The notes below the pieces were generated by a model that saw only the letters and a program-made list of their open reading frames with translations, was not told where the DNA came from and did no database searches. 64,000 nt of DNA from a phage, in the sequence record PZ445451.1. The stretch is one strand, 5' to 3'. Both the position numbers and the translations under genes were made by a program. How positions within the stretch are numbered: position 1 is the stretch's first letter; every line of letters begins with the position of its first letter. Shown piece after piece: positions 1-9,847 of this stretch.

Positions 1-1282
1 TAAATGTGCAACAGATATCCTTCATATATTGAAGGATGTTTTTACCCATTGCTTTTGGATTGGTGTTATTTGGGTATAAAATCTCCATAGCTTCTGCTAA
101 ACCTACATAACCGATACTAATAGAGGCATAACCACCTTCAAATAGTTTACCAATCTCTTCATTAGCTTCTAGTCGAGCTAAAGCCCCTTCCATAAACAAT
201 GTAGGGTTTTGAGATGCTTTGGTATGTCTAATACGGTTAACACGTAGCATATGTGCCTTATACGCCATCTCCATATGTTGTTCCAGCAGTTCAGTAAATA
301 AGATGCCCTTTTCACGGGATTCTGCTGCAATGATAGGTAAGTTTAAAGAAACTACGCCTAAATTGAAACGACCATCATATTTTTCACCTTGCTCTGTTGC
401 ATAGTATGACAAGAAACTACGGCAACCCATGCTTGTGACGCGACCATCTGAAGATCCTGTAACTTCTTTGTTTAAAGGTACAGAGATAAAATCAGGATAA
501 ATGCGTTCAGCACAACACTCCATTGCCAGTTGCTTCAGATCATAGTTTGGATCGCCAGCTTTCATGTTAACACCATCTTCCAAGAAGAAGATAACTTTAG
601 GAAACACAGGAGTTACCCTATCTTTTCCTAATCCTTGTTTGTGCACCATTAGGTAGTTTTTAGTGATCATTCTACCAAAAGCAGAGGTATCCAAACCTAA
701 ACTAATTGTTATAAAAGGTGACTGACCATTTACACTCATTAGGGTGTTCACCTGGTAGATTAAAGTTTGCATTGCATCATAGACCTGTTTATCTACCATA
801 CGCATAGCAATATCATAATCGCCAACATCGGCATATATTTTATTAAAACTTGCTTTAACGTATTGACTAAGCCCAGTATCAATATGTGCACAAGTTTGTC
901 CACCATATTGGCTAGAAGCTACTGCTTGAATAATTTGAGTTAGGACAGTAGTCGCTACACCGATAGACTTTGGTTTTTCAATATGTGCATTACCAATACG
1001 GAAACCGTTCTCAAGCATATCTTGGTAATTTACCAGGCAACAATTAGTTAGAGGTGAGAGTAAATAATCTAAATCGTGAATGTGACCATACCCACTTTTA
1101 TGCCATTCTGCCAGATCTTCCGGTAAAATATGGGTCATTGCCATGTGCTTGCTTAGGATACCTGCTAGTAAGTCTCGGTGAGTATTAACAATCATTGCAG
1201 GTTTGTTTGCATTTTCACGAGTAAATTCTTCGGATGTTTGTTCGAGGAATCCGATTACATCCTCATATAGTTTTTGGGTCAT
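1..1282 (-). CDS. nrdD: Anaerobic ribonucleoside-triphosphate reductase NrdD (class III RNR), N-terminal ~427 aa; 3' end lies beyond window start
   Basis: Manual minus-strand translation from ATG at ~1282 (GGAGGA upstream) gives RDLLAGILSKH..HIHDLDY..NCCLVNYQDMLENGFRIGNAHIEKPKSIG..SSQYGGQT..DPNYDLKQLAMECC..SMGCRSFL..GRFNLGVVSLNLP..FMEGA..YASISIGYVG, co-linear with E. coli NrdD. Absent from ORF track because it runs off the window. Confidence 0.9.
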   Translation of the reverse strand, partial: MTQKLYEDVIGFLEQTSEEFTRENANKPAMIVNTHRDLLAGILSKHMAMTHILPEDLAEWHKSGYGHIHDLDYLLSPLTNCCLVNYQDMLENGFRIGNAHIEKPKSIGVATTVLTQIIQAVASSQYGGQTCAHIDTGLSQYVKASFNKIYADVGDYDIAMRMVDKQVYDAMQTLIYQVNTLMSVNGQSPFITISLGLDTSAFGRMITKNYLMVHKQGLGKDRVTPVFPKVIFFLEDGVNMKAGDPNYDLKQLAMECCAERIYPDFISVPLNKEVTGSSDGRVTSMGCRSFLSYYATEQGEKYDGRFNLGVVSLNLPIIAAESREKGILFTELLEQHMEMAYKAHMLRVNRIRHTKASQNPTLFMEGALARLEANEEIGKLFEGGYASISIGYVGLAEAMEILYPNNTNPKAMGKNILQYMKDICCTF

Positions 1283-1371
1283 TAATCCTCCGTGGAAAAT
1301 AAAAGCCAGCATTAAGCTGGCTTTAGGGTGGATCTTTATTTTAAATCTTTTTCGTAAGATTGTCCTTGATC

Positions 1372-2322
1372 TTAGTCAAGGTTTTTGGTAATACGTGTAC
1401 AACCATCAGAAGTCAAACCGTCAACTTGAGTTTCCCAAGTGCCATGAATATTTCGGAACAATGTTGTTACACCTTTTGGTTCATTAATAATGATTGCCAT
1501 AACAAGTTTAGGATCGATAACAGACATAATCTTTTCCTCAATACCCTCTGTAATAACATTATTACGCACAATATTAATTACATCTTCTTGTACAGAAAGG
1601 GTACTTACGTTCTTAAGAGTATATACCTGCTGCGTAGTGTAAATGATACGAACATAACTTACAGAACGAGTAGGCACAGGTTTACGCGGTCGGCGAAAAC
1701 GTGGTTTTGGTGAAGATTCAGTCTTACTTTCATTTTTTGAATAATACTCCTCAAACAGTTTAGTAAATGTTTTTACATCAACTACAAACCGATCTTTCCT
1801 ATATGGAGAATTCTTATGTGCACCATTAATACCACTGTTTTCATCGAAGAAAGTAATGTTTTCTTCAGTTGAATACATTAGATAATGATCTGCATTTTTC
1901 CAATGTGGTTGTGGACAATGAGGATTACAAACGGAAAGCAAGTAATTAATATTTTCTTCCGTGGCCTCAGTATCAAGGAAACACGTATTATGCACAGTCA
2001 GTTGTACTTTTTCAGCCATATCTTTTTCTTTATCCTCTTTAGCAAGATATTCAGTACGAATAATCTCCAGAAAACCTTCAGGTGTTACTTCCATAAATTT
2101 ATATTCAGGATGAAGCTCCATATATTCAAATCCACAACCATCTAATTGCTGTAGAAAGTTAGGGTAGAAGAACAAATCATTAACACTGTGAATCAGATCA
2201 TTGATTTCTGCTTCAGTTGTGTAACCAAAACTCTTGTGAATTGCTTCGTTAAGAATATGCAGGATACCCATCTCTTCTGCTGCTTTTTTAACTTCCAGTT
2301 TATTAGCGTAAAATGCAATCAT
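1372..2322 (-). CDS. Hypothetical protein (316 aa)
   Basis: Track ORF with AAGGAG SD upstream of ATG; no recognisable motif. Confidence 0.55.
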   Translation of the reverse strand: MIAFYANKLEVKKAAEEMGILHILNEAIHKSFGYTTEAEINDLIHSVNDLFFYPNFLQQLDGCGFEYMELHPEYKFMEVTPEGFLEIIRTEYLAKEDKEKDMAEKVQLTVHNTCFLDTEATEENINYLLSVCNPHCPQPHWKNADHYLMYSTEENITFFDENSGINGAHKNSPYRKDRFVVDVKTFTKLFEEYYSKNESKTESSPKPRFRRPRKPVPTRSVSYVRIIYTTQQVYTLKNVSTLSVQEDVINIVRNNVITEGIEEKIMSVIDPKLVMAIIINEPKGVTTLFRNIHGTWETQVDGLTSDGCTRITKNLD

Positions 2323-2339
2323 TATGTTCTCCTTCTAAA

Positions 2340-2774
2340 TTAGTTTAAAATTTCTTTTGCAATGGTAGAAGCAAGTTTTCCATCATATTGATTCGGATAC
2401 TCTGCTTTAAGGTGTTTCATCATATCTGGCATTTTCTTGCCTGTCAAGGCAAATTCTTCAGCAATAGCTCGAAGATCATCTTCAGATAGCATTTCTGGTA
2501 AATATTTTTCCAGAATGGTGATATCACGCATAGCTCGCTCACATTTGCTAATGGAGGCATTAACTTTCTTAAGCGAGTCTAGTTCCTCTTTAGCGTGTGC
2601 AATACCAATCTTAACAATGTTAATCATAATATCATCTTCTGATTTATTCAGATTTGCCTTTTGAGTACGAGCAAGGTCAAACTCACCAATAATATTAGTT
2701 AACAAAGCAAAAGCACCCTTATCGGTTGTACGTGCTAAGATACGATCTGCTTTCATTTGTGTCACAATAGACAT
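2340..2774 (-). CDS. GatB/YqeY-domain protein
   Basis: Track ORF; C-terminal ..LEKYLPEMLSEDDLRAIAEEF..GKKMPDMMKHLKAEYPNQYDGKLASTIAKEIL resembles YqeY family signature (..YLP..LSE.E...I.... MG..M....G.ADG..). Confidence 0.6.
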   Translation of the reverse strand: MSIVTQMKADRILARTTDKGAFALLTNIIGEFDLARTQKANLNKSEDDIMINIVKIGIAHAKEELDSLKKVNASISKCERAMRDITILEKYLPEMLSEDDLRAIAEEFALTGKKMPDMMKHLKAEYPNQYDGKLASTIAKEILN

Positions 2775-2786
2775 TCTATTCTCCTC

Positions 2787-3359
2787 TTATTTGCTAATGC
2801 TTTGAATCTTATTTACAACACGGTTTATTGCCAGTGAAGCCCTAGGCTCCGCAATACCTGTTGCATAGATATAAGGATGACCTTTTGGAGACTCCCTCAT
2901 ACCGAATGAACCTAATTCTAAACCATATTCATCCTCTACGTCAACCCCAATATTAGTGGGTACTAAATATGTTTTAACTCCATAATAAGTAGAGAAGAAA
3001 CAGCGCATAGCGTTAGCATACTCTTCAATTGTAGCATCAGGGTAGAACTCAATCAACTCCAATTTCAAGAAAATATTAAAATGGGTATCATCTAAATTTT
3101 CTTCTGTGCGGTAACATGGTGTTAGTGCCATATACGGATTACCTACTGCAAATTCAAAACCATCCTTCTCCATTTGCAGGAAAGATTGTTCTGCACTAGC
3201 TACATAGTATTTACCGTTAGGATGCCCTAATGGGCGATCCTCTTTATTTTCTGGTAGTGTATACGCCAGTATATCAGCATCCACGAGATATGGAACTTCT
3301 AACATTTGTGCAAATCGACCATAGTAATCAATAGCTTGAGCTATTACTGCAACATTCAT
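2787..3359 (-). CDS. Hypothetical protein (190 aa)
   Basis: Track ORF in tightly packed co-directional block; no motif recognised. Confidence 0.55.
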   Translation of the reverse strand: MNVAVIAQAIDYYGRFAQMLEVPYLVDADILAYTLPENKEDRPLGHPNGKYYVASAEQSFLQMEKDGFEFAVGNPYMALTPCYRTEENLDDTHFNIFLKLELIEFYPDATIEEYANAMRCFFSTYYGVKTYLVPTNIGVDVEDEYGLELGSFGMRESPKGHPYIYATGIAEPRASLAINRVVNKIQSISK

Positions 3360-3607
3360 GATCGACCTCCATTGCGGAATGCACGTTTAGTAATGTTTGA
3401 CATAGTGATCAAATCTTGAAGCGTCATACCAGGAAAATGCTGTTCAAGAACACCTTCAACAGCGCCTACAATATCTGATAACTCAATAAGTTGCATCAGC
3501 TTGCAATCTTGATCAATAGCATCTTGAAGTTCATAAAGCTCTTCTTGAATCTTAGCAACAGAACCATATTCCTCTTTGCTAATCTCCTTCAAATGATACC
3601 CTGCCAC
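3356..3607 (-). CDS. Hypothetical protein (83 aa)
   Basis: Track ORF overlapping neighbour by 4 nt (translational coupling). Confidence 0.5.
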   Translation of the reverse strand: MAGYHLKEISKEEYGSVAKIQEELYELQDAIDQDCKLMQLIELSDIVGAVEGVLEQHFPGMTLQDLITMSNITKRAFRNGGRS

Positions 3608-3617
3608 TTTAACCCCC

Positions 3618-6392
3618 TTAGTTTATCAGTTTATTTATGTCTGGTAAAAGATTTATTTCACCTAAGAAATCACCTTCACCTTCCTCTAGCCAACTCTCAT
3701 ATGCTTGTGCATGATTATAGTTACCATCAAAAGAATCTGCAACAAATTTTTCTACAGTTTTTCGAGATGTGCCAGCGCCAAATACACCAAGTTTAATACT
3801 ATTGATCGGTAAAGTGGTGCTTGTTGGTACTTTCTCTGTTGCAACACGGTTGATATCTATAATCTCCTGTACGGTTGTGTTCCATTGTAAGCATTTAACA
3901 CAACGGGTATGCGCTACATACAGTAGGTTTCGCTCTGCCTCTTCCAGTCCTACCCATTCACCAGTTTTTTTATCATAATTGGAAGGAAAATCATTAGCAA
4001 CAATAACCTGATCCCACTCCAAACCTTTAGACTTGTGTGCTGTAGTCAATGTGACTTTTGCTGTAGGAGAATTTCTATGCGTTCTAAGTGTATGTGCTAT
4101 AGTGTTTGCCTTGCCAGAAACTACGATGTTTAACAAGCGTTTAGCATCTGGATCAGCCTCTGCACACTCAACAAATTCATTCCAGTCTGCGTAAGGTAAT
4201 ACAGTTTCATGTTTTACTTTCTCAATATCTCCTCTCCGAAGAGCATTAACACTATCTACCATAGAGATAAAATCCCTGGTATCTACGTTAATAATAATTT
4301 CTTCCCCATCTGCAATACGATCCATTGCCTCCATAAGCAAGGTTAAATTCTTGCGAAAGATGATAGTGTAAGGTTTTGTATAGTCTACAACATCTGATTT
4401 GTAGCTACCTACTACAGTATCAAAGCCTTTACCAACCAAAGGATGACGCAAAGGTTCTTTATCGCTTAAAATCATATTGGCAATGTTTGCCACTTTGGGG
4501 CCAAAACGGAAGCAAGCAGTTAATGGAAGCTCTGCCCCATACTTAGCTGTTTCAATCATCATATTAGAGCTACCTCTAAATTGATAAATGCAGTTGTGGC
4601 TAAGAATTTCATTGCCAAAGAAGTTAGCAGTATCCTCTACTTCAATATCATAATAGATACCCTCACTATCTACAATGTCCACAATCTCTTCTGCCGTTAC
4701 AGTATCACCATCTTTTACCAACACAGACATGCCTTTAAACAAACCCGCTGCCGGAATTAAGTTATATTTGGCACTGTTCACAGAGGACATGCATTCTTTT
4801 AAAGATGCAAACGGAACTATTTCAAGGATCTTTTGTGCAAAACTCAATGCTTCACGATAAGAATTGAAATATTTACGTACACGGTAACGACCTTCCAATT
4901 TAGCAGCACTTACGCTTACACCTGCTTTAATCAGTGAAGAATAGATCGGCATTTCACTTTCTGTCCACTCAAAACTAACTTGTGTTCCTTTACAACCTTG
5001 TGCTCGCAAAGTCACTGTTAGCATTTTTCTTTCATCTACTGCACAATTGATGCTGTGCCAGTGTGGATAAGCAAAATGATAATCTTTATCCTCTAAAAGT
5101 TTAAAACCATTTTGTCCGAATTGTTCAAAGATGTTATTGATCCTTTCTTGATTAATGCCGCGTGAACTTGCTTCAAATACACAAGTAGGAATGCCATATT
5201 GTAAACTGTATGCCATTTCTTTTTCCATAGCAGCTTCACGGTTTTCAACAATATCCAACACCCATAATTTCTGTGCTTTTTCAGAACGTGTACGTTGCCC
5301 CAGTTTAGAAAAACCTTCTTTATCATCGAATTTGTTAGTGATCCCTACTCGGAAACCTAAATCTTTCCTCCACATTAGGTATACCACCATCTGATCATCT
5401 TTCAGAACATAGGATGAAGCCCAAATACGATGGTTATGTGTCATATCTAAAGTTTTACCTGTGGCAGTAATAATATTCCTACCTTTTGTACGTGTAGATA
5501 AAGTCTTATTTGTTACTTTTCTAAATGTAATTTTACCATTAGAATAAGACTCTACCTTATCACCGATTTGTAGGTCTTTCATTGTAACCTGACCATTCTC
5601 GGTATTAAGTACCGTGTTTTCCGACACACATTGGAATTCATCGCCCACTACCACAATTTGTTTTGCAGATTTAGCATTTCGCAGAATAGACAAGAATGCA
5701 GGGTTAACATCCTGGAATTCATCACCAAAAATAATGTCATAACCAAGATCAGCACCTGATAACTCAAACAATTTTACATAGGTGTCATGCGTCATCAAAG
5801 TATCTGTGTTAGGATCAATGCGCTCTCGCCACAATTGTTTTGCATACTTAACTACTTCTGTAATTAGTTTGTGTTCGTTAATACCTTTTCTTTTAATATC
5901 TGCAAGATGTACACCAGGGAAATGTTTACGGCTGATAAAAGGATCATCCGAAAATTCAAACTTACCTACGGTTTGCTTGATCATTAAACCAATCATAGCA
6001 CGAGTTAAAAGTGTTTTCCCTCGTTTATCAATAAGATTATTAATCTTAAATTTCTTTGCTATCTCACTACCTGTACCTGCAACGTTAACATACTGTCCTT
6101 CTGGTCGTGACAGTTTTGCACGTAAACGATGATCCAGGAATTGATAGCAAATGGAATGCAATGTACGGCATTCTACATTTGGTGGCATCTTACGCCGTGC
6201 TTCTTCTGCCATGCTTTTATTGAAAGCTAAGTAAAGAATGCGATCTTCTGTACTGTTAGCCAGCAAATAAAGTGTTGACGTTTTGCCTGATCCAGATTTA
6301 GCTTGGATAGTTAAAAAACGATGGTCTGGAAAAGCCTCCTTAATAGCTGTTTGCTCTTCTGTTGGAGTAAAACTCAACTCTTTCTTAGCCAT
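3618..6392 (-). CDS. SF1 UvrD/PcrA-like DNA helicase, intein-containing precursor
   Basis: Track ORF; start moved to MAKKELSF (ATG 6392). Walker A AKSGSGKTSTL, motif II FGDEFQD, motif III GDEFQ|CIYQFRG split by an in-frame insert, C-terminal TTAHKSKGLEWDQVIV..LLYVAHTRCVK. Confidence 0.85.
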   Translation of the reverse strand: MAKKELSFTPTEEQTAIKEAFPDHRFLTIQAKSGSGKTSTLYLLANSTEDRILYLAFNKSMAEEARRKMPPNVECRTLHSICYQFLDHRLRAKLSRPEGQYVNVAGTGSEIAKKFKINNLIDKRGKTLLTRAMIGLMIKQTVGKFEFSDDPFISRKHFPGVHLADIKRKGINEHKLITEVVKYAKQLWRERIDPNTDTLMTHDTYVKLFELSGADLGYDIIFGDEFQDVNPAFLSILRNAKSAKQIVVVGDEFQCVSENTVLNTENGQVTMKDLQIGDKVESYSNGKITFRKVTNKTLSTRTKGRNIITATGKTLDMTHNHRIWASSYVLKDDQMVVYLMWRKDLGFRVGITNKFDDKEGFSKLGQRTRSEKAQKLWVLDIVENREAAMEKEMAYSLQYGIPTCVFEASSRGINQERINNIFEQFGQNGFKLLEDKDYHFAYPHWHSINCAVDERKMLTVTLRAQGCKGTQVSFEWTESEMPIYSSLIKAGVSVSAAKLEGRYRVRKYFNSYREALSFAQKILEIVPFASLKECMSSVNSAKYNLIPAAGLFKGMSVLVKDGDTVTAEEIVDIVDSEGIYYDIEVEDTANFFGNEILSHNCIYQFRGSSNMMIETAKYGAELPLTACFRFGPKVANIANMILSDKEPLRHPLVGKGFDTVVGSYKSDVVDYTKPYTIIFRKNLTLLMEAMDRIADGEEIIINVDTRDFISMVDSVNALRRGDIEKVKHETVLPYADWNEFVECAEADPDAKRLLNIVVSGKANTIAHTLRTHRNSPTAKVTLTTAHKSKGLEWDQVIVANDFPSNYDKKTGEWVGLEEAERNLLYVAHTRCVKCLQWNTTVQEIIDINRVATEKVPTSTTLPINSIKLGVFGAGTSRKTVEKFVADSFDGNYNHAQAYESWLEEGEGDFLGEINLLPDINKLIN
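4593..5630 (-). mobile_element. Intein (346 aa) inserted in helicase motif III
   Basis: Insert begins CVSENTVLNTENG (block A), has TxxH-like MTHNHRI (block B) and ends ..YYDIEVEDTANFFGNEILSHN followed by extein Cys. Removing it restores GDEFQCIYQFRG. Coordinates derived from track residue numbering (residues 268-613). Confidence 0.75.
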
Positions 6393-6393
6393 T

Positions 6394-6870
6394 TCAACCT
6401 CTCTTAATTTGTTTAACAAGCATAGGAACAAAATCTCGTTTTAAAATTTGTTCAATAATGTGATCAGGTAGCTGTTGGAAATTATAATTAAAAGCTACTG
6501 TCTCACCTTTAGGTGTTTCTACCCGCACATATAACATGTTACGAAGTTTATCCACTTGTGCTGTATATTCTAAACCACGTAATTGATGCATTGCAAACAT
6601 CAAATCATCAGGTTCAGTTTGGAATCTATCACTTGTCTGCATCAAGGATAAGGTAAAAGGTAGATTTTCCCTAAGAGCTACCTTCTTAGGCACTAATGAA
6701 GGGAAATACTCCCCAATAACTTCCTGTGTAAGCTGAATACACTCTTTTTCAAGCTGGTTTTGTTCCTTGAGTTCACAAACACTTTTTTGTAAAGTGTTAA
6801 CCTCTTTTTGCAAGGCTGCTAGTTGAGCATTTAACTTTCTTTTTTGATTACGACCAAAACGTTTAGACAT
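6394..6870 (-). CDS. Hypothetical protein (158 aa), coiled-coil N-terminus
   Basis: Track ORF; stop abuts helicase start. Confidence 0.55.
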   Translation of the reverse strand: MSKRFGRNQKRKLNAQLAALQKEVNTLQKSVCELKEQNQLEKECIQLTQEVIGEYFPSLVPKKVALRENLPFTLSLMQTSDRFQTEPDDLMFAMHQLRGLEYTAQVDKLRNMLYVRVETPKGETVAFNYNFQQLPDHIIEQILKRDFVPMLVKQIKRG

Positions 6871-6878
6871 ATTTCCCC

Positions 6879-7394
6879 CTAGTAAAACCCCTTAACAATT
6901 TGTATTAACTCGGCACAACGATTGACCAACTTTTCCTCGTACAATACACGTTGTGGCATATGTTGTATAATATACTCCATTTGCTCATGCCATGTCCACT
7001 TTTCTTTTTTGTCCGGGATAACATCACTAGCACGAGAATTATCTTTTAATGTTTGTATAATCCAATTGCTTGGAAAGTGCTCTCCACCTTTCTTAAATGG
7101 TTTATAGTGGCCTAGAGTGAATTGAGAATCCCCTGTTAGAGCACCCAATTTATTTAGATGGATAATCAAACTACGAAACACGTAGTATTCATAGATGTTA
7201 TCCACCGTATAGCAAGCATAATATTTCAAGATGCCCTTATCTCGCGGATACTTACCAACATCCAGATTGCACCAGTTGACATTTTCTGGATCATAGTGGT
7301 GTTCCTTAAGCCATATTTCTCTTTCATCAAAGTCTGGATATATTACCGCCCTGCTTACAGAGTCAACAAGTGGAGATTGAGCATCAAAAAACAT
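6879..7394 (-). CDS. Hypothetical protein (171 aa)
   Basis: Track ORF in tightly packed co-directional block. Confidence 0.55.
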   Translation of the reverse strand: MFFDAQSPLVDSVSRAVIYPDFDEREIWLKEHHYDPENVNWCNLDVGKYPRDKGILKYYACYTVDNIYEYYVFRSLIIHLNKLGALTGDSQFTLGHYKPFKKGGEHFPSNWIIQTLKDNSRASDVIPDKKEKWTWHEQMEYIIQHMPQRVLYEEKLVNRCAELIQIVKGFY

Positions 7395-7415
7395 TATATT
7401 TTCCTTATTGGTTTG

Positions 7416-7781
7416 TTAAACGTTTTCTAAATCTTTTAAGGCATTACCCAACGTTAGAACAATAACATCGTTTGCTGCCTCTTCCCCATTGATATTGGTG
7501 AAATTTGGTGTGACAAAAGTAACCATATAAAACTCGTCCACCTGGAAGATAGCAATAACACCATCCATCTTAACATCTTGACGAAAGGAAAAACCAATCA
7601 TCTTCTCTTGCAAAGGCATCTCCCCTTCCTTCATTACCGCTAGGGAGTTTTCAGGAATGTTATATTTATCTGCTCCGATGTAGATGTACGTAATGTTATC
7701 TTTATCGTGATGATACAGGGTTGCTTTTTCCATATCTAAACCTGACAGATCAAATACGTTAATTTCTTGTGTAGTCTTCAT
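7416..7781 (-). CDS. Hypothetical protein (121 aa)
   Basis: Track ORF; start moved to MKTTQ (ATG 7781) which has GGGAGGA SD and removes overlap with upstream gene. Confidence 0.5.
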   Translation of the reverse strand: MKTTQEINVFDLSGLDMEKATLYHHDKDNITYIYIGADKYNIPENSLAVMKEGEMPLQEKMIGFSFRQDVKMDGVIAIFQVDEFYMVTFVTPNFTNINGEEAANDVIVLTLGNALKDLENV

Positions 7782-8145
7782 AAATATCCTCCCAAATCCA
7801 ATAATCATCTGTGTAAGTAGGATGCCTTTTATCCCACTCTGTTCTAGCCCAAGCAACCGCTGCTACCAACACATCACCATGACAAGGTTGAGGTGAGCAG
7901 AAGCAAACTAAGTCTTTCCCTTCTAATTCTAACAAATCCTCAAGAGTGATTTTACCACAACGAATTTGTTCCCACAACCACTCTTTATATCTTTGTATAG
8001 TTGATCCTCGTGGTTCATCATCCTTTAACTTGAAAGGATTTGCAAACTTTGAGGCTTTTAACCCCATATGAGGCATAGCTCTGCCAATGTACACTGCACC
8101 TTCAGGTATTACTTTACCTAAGTGGTAAAAATTTAATACTTTCAT
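7759..8145 (-). CDS. DUF4326-like protein
   Basis: Track ORF; ..ANPFKL..YKEWLWEQI..GKDLVCFCSPQPCHGDVL resembles DUF4326 pattern (recalled, not searched). Confidence 0.5.
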   Translation of the reverse strand: MKVLNFYHLGKVIPEGAVYIGRAMPHMGLKASKFANPFKLKDDEPRGSTIQRYKEWLWEQIRCGKITLEDLLELEGKDLVCFCSPQPCHGDVLVAAVAWARTEWDKRHPTYTDDYWIWEDIYEDYTRN

Positions 8146-8146
8146 A

Positions 8147-8497
8147 TTAACCCAAACACATCTGCGCGATCAAGCCTTGTATAAATTTATTAGCTTCTTT
8201 ACTGTCGTAGTCAGTCTCTTCTGGATATCCATCTTCATCGTACACAACTGTACCTTCAATATACCCTGCCTCAATTAAGGCGCGGATCATATCAAATTGC
8301 CAGCATGAGTTACCAAATGGACGTTTACCATTAAAACACTCTTCTTCTCTCCATAACGTAGAGAGTAGTTGTCGGAAATATTCCCGTACAGTGACAGTAC
8401 CAAGATCTGAATCCTCAAACATAACATCCAGGGCATCAGGATTGCTTTTCTCTACATAAGGAATATATTTAACACCATTAATAGTTACATCAAGCAT
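8147..8497 (-). CDS. Hypothetical protein (116 aa)
   Basis: Track ORF in tightly packed block. Confidence 0.5.
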   Translation of the reverse strand: MLDVTINGVKYIPYVEKSNPDALDVMFEDSDLGTVTVREYFRQLLSTLWREEECFNGKRPFGNSCWQFDMIRALIEAGYIEGTVVYDEDGYPEETDYDSKEANKFIQGLIAQMCLG

Positions 8498-8869
8498 TTA
8501 TTTCTCCTTATCATCATATTCTAGGAACATATCTGCACGATATGCTTTACGCTCTTCAAACTTAGCAGGATCTACAACAATAAGCAATACAAGGTTAACA
8601 TCTAAATACTTTTTAACAAATAGAAATAAATCTTTTCCACAGTTAAAACCTACACCAGTATAGGCATCCCCATATTGATCTACTGATTTAATCTTCTTAC
8701 TAACCGTACATTCTATGCTATTCTTTTCTTCTTGGTATAAGGCTTTCCCACCCCAATATGTAAAGAATTTAGTACCGTCAGCACCAAGTTTAAAACCCTC
8801 TGTTGCATGTCCCGCAAATGAAAGTAAGCATAACCAAGTGATCATCAGGTACTTTAGCATTTTAACCAC
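8498..8869 (-). CDS. Putative secreted/periplasmic protein (123 aa)
   Basis: Track ORF; N-terminal MVKMLKYLMITWLCLLSFAGHA looks like a signal peptide. Confidence 0.5.
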   Translation of the reverse strand: MVKMLKYLMITWLCLLSFAGHATEGFKLGADGTKFFTYWGGKALYQEEKNSIECTVSKKIKSVDQYGDAYTGVGFNCGKDLFLFVKKYLDVNLVLLIVVDPAKFEERKAYRADMFLEYDDKEK

Positions 8870-9344
8870 CTAATTGCAAATGTTTAGAAAGAACAATATC
8901 CCACTGATCACCACAACCGTTATCTATGCGGAACATAATGTACGTATCATCTTCTTCTACGACATATAATACCTCATAGGAATTACAACAGCCTTCCCAA
9001 TTTTTAACAGCCTCTGGTGTATCATGTGTAAAAATTTCATTACCATCATATGACCAAAACAAAGGAGTAAGGTTTTCGAACGTCAGTGAAGTAGGGTTCA
9101 CTTCGTCTTTAACTGCTTCCTCATATTCCTTATGCGTTTGTACTGCTTTAGTTAGTGTACTCATGTCTATCTCCTTTTCTCCTTCTTGACTATGGAGGAT
9201 AGCGAACTCTCTAAACTCCACCTCACGCCATGTTTTCAGGTAGTGCTTTATAATTTGATCAACATCTGCCTGTTCAACGTTACTTTTCAAGCAATAGTAG
9301 TCATGGTCTTCACCCATTCTACCCCATATGCTATACATTGTCAT
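8862..9344 (-). CDS. Hypothetical protein (160 aa)
   Basis: Track ORF in tightly packed block. Confidence 0.5.
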   Translation of the reverse strand: MTMYSIWGRMGEDHDYYCLKSNVEQADVDQIIKHYLKTWREVEFREFAILHSQEGEKEIDMSTLTKAVQTHKEYEEAVKDEVNPTSLTFENLTPLFWSYDGNEIFTHDTPEAVKNWEGCCNSYEVLYVVEEDDTYIMFRIDNGCGDQWDIVLSKHLQLGG

Positions 9345-9612
9345 CTGATTGATCCTTCACATTGTTCTTGGCATACACAGGAATAACATCATGGTGATCT
9401 TTATTACTTTCGTCTGTTAAAGCCCAAAACAACTTACCTGCCGGATGTTTAAAGATGTAAGCAATAGGTTCCTCTTCCTGTGCTTCTTTGCTACGGATGC
9501 CATCCCGCCAGGCAAGCCAAGTGTAGATCATCATCTCTTGACGTTCTTCTTCATTAGGCCACAGATGGGGTAGAAAGTTTTTATCAAACCATTGCTTAAA
9601 CTCTTCAGTCAT
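9331..9612 (-). CDS. Hypothetical protein (93 aa)
   Basis: Track ORF in tightly packed block. Confidence 0.5.
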   Translation of the reverse strand: MTEEFKQWFDKNFLPHLWPNEEERQEMMIYTWLAWRDGIRSKEAQEEEPIAYIFKHPAGKLFWALTDESNKDHHDVIPVYAKNNVKDQSDDNV

Positions 9613-9622
9613 AGTCTACTCC

Positions 9623-9787
9623 TTAGCGTACAAAGTTAACTTCTGCTTCTTTCAGCTTTGACACTTCTACATAACCACCATGATCATCTTTAATCCATTC
9701 TTTTCCTTTACGGATGATAACAGGATATGTAGAGTGAGTAAGTTTAGGTACAGATCTTTTTGTTTTAGTGATAGAAATGTTTTGCAT
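9623..9787 (-). CDS. Small hypothetical protein (54 aa, MQNISITKTKRSVPKL..)
   Basis: Manually found ORF below track size cut-off; TAAGGAG SD 7 nt upstream of ATG; fills gap between neighbouring genes. Confidence 0.4.
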   Translation of the reverse strand: MQNISITKTKRSVPKLTHSTYPVIIRKGKEWIKDDHGGYVEVSKLKEAEVNFVR

Positions 9788-9847
9788 AGTAATCTCCTTA
9801 GTAAATTTTACATAGAGTCTAGATTATTTAGTAGGTAGAGTCAATAA

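Noticed and set aside
1203-2145. Plus-strand track ORFs 1203..1391, 1360..1713 and 1885..2145
   Set aside because: They lie antisense to nrdD and the 316-aa gene and have no translation signals; shadow ORFs
3491-6132. Plus-strand track ORFs inside the helicase/intein gene (3491..3796, 3769..3978, 4675..4860, 5155..5394, 5782..6132)
   Set aside because: Antisense to a motif-supported helicase gene; no independent evidence
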